A stretch of 35,206 nt of DNA from Nemertoderma westbladi (Eukaryota; Animalia; Xenacoelomorpha): the NCBI GenBank assembly GCA_032718475.1, contig JAUCBJ010005877.1, positions 1 through 35,206 of the forward strand, given 5' to 3'. Each line of letters begins with the position of its first letter. The first letter of the stretch is position 1. Shown piece by piece: positions 33,731 through 35,206 of this stretch. A model generated the notes under the pieces. It did no database searches. It had not been told where the DNA came from and saw only the letters and a program-made list of their open reading frames with translations. The position numbers and the translations under genes are program-made.

Positions 33731-35113
33731 TTTTCTACAGATCTATATCATATTGCTTGAAATGTGAAACACAACTAGTTCAACTCACCGTGGTTGTTAC
33801 CATGTATTTCGCAATGTTTCGATTTCGATTTTGCCTTTAAATTTTTTTTATAAGCGTTTTAAAAAAGTGTCTTTTGCGAAATCACACCCTCCGTATCGTG
33901 GCCATTCTTCACATTCGTCGTAATTCATCAGTAAAAAGCTTGCGTTGCAAGGATTCCAAATATGTAACAATATCTGAATTTCGTTGAGAAACAGCTGAGA
34001 TATAGGCGTTCAAAGATTGCAAGAATTATCGTTCGCTGCAGGCCATTTATTCTATTTAATAAATACACAAAATTCTAGAACGTGTTATTTATTTTATGAG
34101 TTGGTTGGCAACAGTTGTATGCCTATATGAGATCTGGAGCAGTAACATACACAGAGGGCTTCCCAGCAAAGATTTGAGTCAAACATGTTCTCTCTTGGGA
34201 CCTTCTCTATTTAACTTTCACATAAAACATATCCACCATAACTACAATGATGAAGATTACTACGAATTGCTTACCTCATACCCGAACCACTGCTGGTCCT
34301 TCTCATATGCGGATGATATATTTCTAATAGCACATCGCAGTTTAACATCGAATTAGAAATAGAGAGGATATTTCTAAAATTAGAGAAGGTGGGCTTACAG
34401 ATCGATATTAACAAGACAGCTTGGATTTTCCTTAGTGGTAGAGGATCATCTGAGCCACCCCCTCTTTTTTTGCACATAAGTGATCACCTGATCCCCCAAA
34501 CAACGACACACCTCAATTTCATCGGTACAAAATCCCTCAAGATAACCGTTTCATATATCAGGAGTGTCTTAGACTTGTTGATTCATTAGCGGAGTGCATC
34601 ATGGTCATCATGGACGATCAAGCGTATCCCCATCGAAACACTATCAACACTTTGGAAAACTTACTCTTTGCCAATTTTCGCTATAGTTTTCCGTTTTACA
34701 TAGGAGCTCTAAACTCTCTACAGCGGGACCAGTTGGAAGTGAGGTATAGAAATGCACTACGAAAACTTATCCATATTAATGGAACATTAATTTTGTCTAA
34801 CATTTTATATGGGTTATTTGAAATCAATCAATTAATTCGAGAAATATACCAATCAGCTATTCTAACTGTCCAGCGATTGATCAGAGCCCTTAACACACTA
34901 ACGCAAGCTTTTTAATGATAGGCCTATCTATAAAGCGAGGTTAATGTGAAGAATGGCGATGATAGGAGATGTGCAATTTCGCAAAAGACTCTTTTTTAAA
35001 ACGTTTATAAAAAAAATGTAAAGGCAAAATCGAAAATTCCGGCTTCATGGTAACAACCACGGTGAGTTGAACTAGTTGTGTTTCAAATTTCAAGCAATAT
35101 GATAAAGATCTGT
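33672..35113. mobile_element. Second copy of the 15582-16375 foldback family, enclosing an RT remnant
   Basis: Left arm 33672-34095 and inverted right arm ~34940-35113 match the 15.6-16.4 kb element. Confidence 0.85.
34096..34915 (+). pseudogene. Degenerate non-LTR-type reverse transcriptase fragment
   Basis: LGPSLFNFHI, SYADDIFLI and GLQIDINKT occur in RT order, with stops and frameshifts. Distinct from the RTE family at 27 kb. Confidence 0.75.
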
Positions 35114-35206
35114 ATCTCCTCCTACAATTCTAAACGAAATAAAGTGAAATTTTGCAGAAAGATGTCCAATAGATGCTCCCTATGGGGGTGTCGACAGAAT
35201 TTTGAT

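Overview
AT-rich, repeat-dense nuclear DNA from an invertebrate-like eukaryote; species not identifiable from the sequence. A spliced gene missing from the ORF track is present: ZCRB1 (U11/U12 snRNP 31K), with coding exons at 3188-3430, 3562-3685 and 14765-14911. Its first coding exon was not found and probably lies left of the window. Its ~11 kb last intron holds, on the same strand, an intronless 760-aa ORF that matches only the N-terminal ~60% of the meiotic double-strand-break factor MEI1. The partial helical-repeat ORF at the left edge (<1-1455) is frameshifted near its end by a 7-nt duplication and weakly resembles the missing MEI1 C-terminal part. This suggests either a split, order-reversed MEI1 or tandem paralogues nested in ZCRB1 introns. 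The other single-exon genes are MRPS12 (-), TXNDC9/PhLP3 (+) and an orphan MYND-finger protein (-). The rest is transposon and satellite DNA: a hAT-like element holding BEL/Pao and SINE remnants, two RTE LINE fragments, several foldback/MITE elements, a 19-bp palindromic minisatellite, a 36/37-bp array copied from the ZCRB1 C-terminal codons, a 68-bp satellite and a perfect 90-bp palindrome. All homology calls are by-eye comparisons with remembered sequences; no searches were run.
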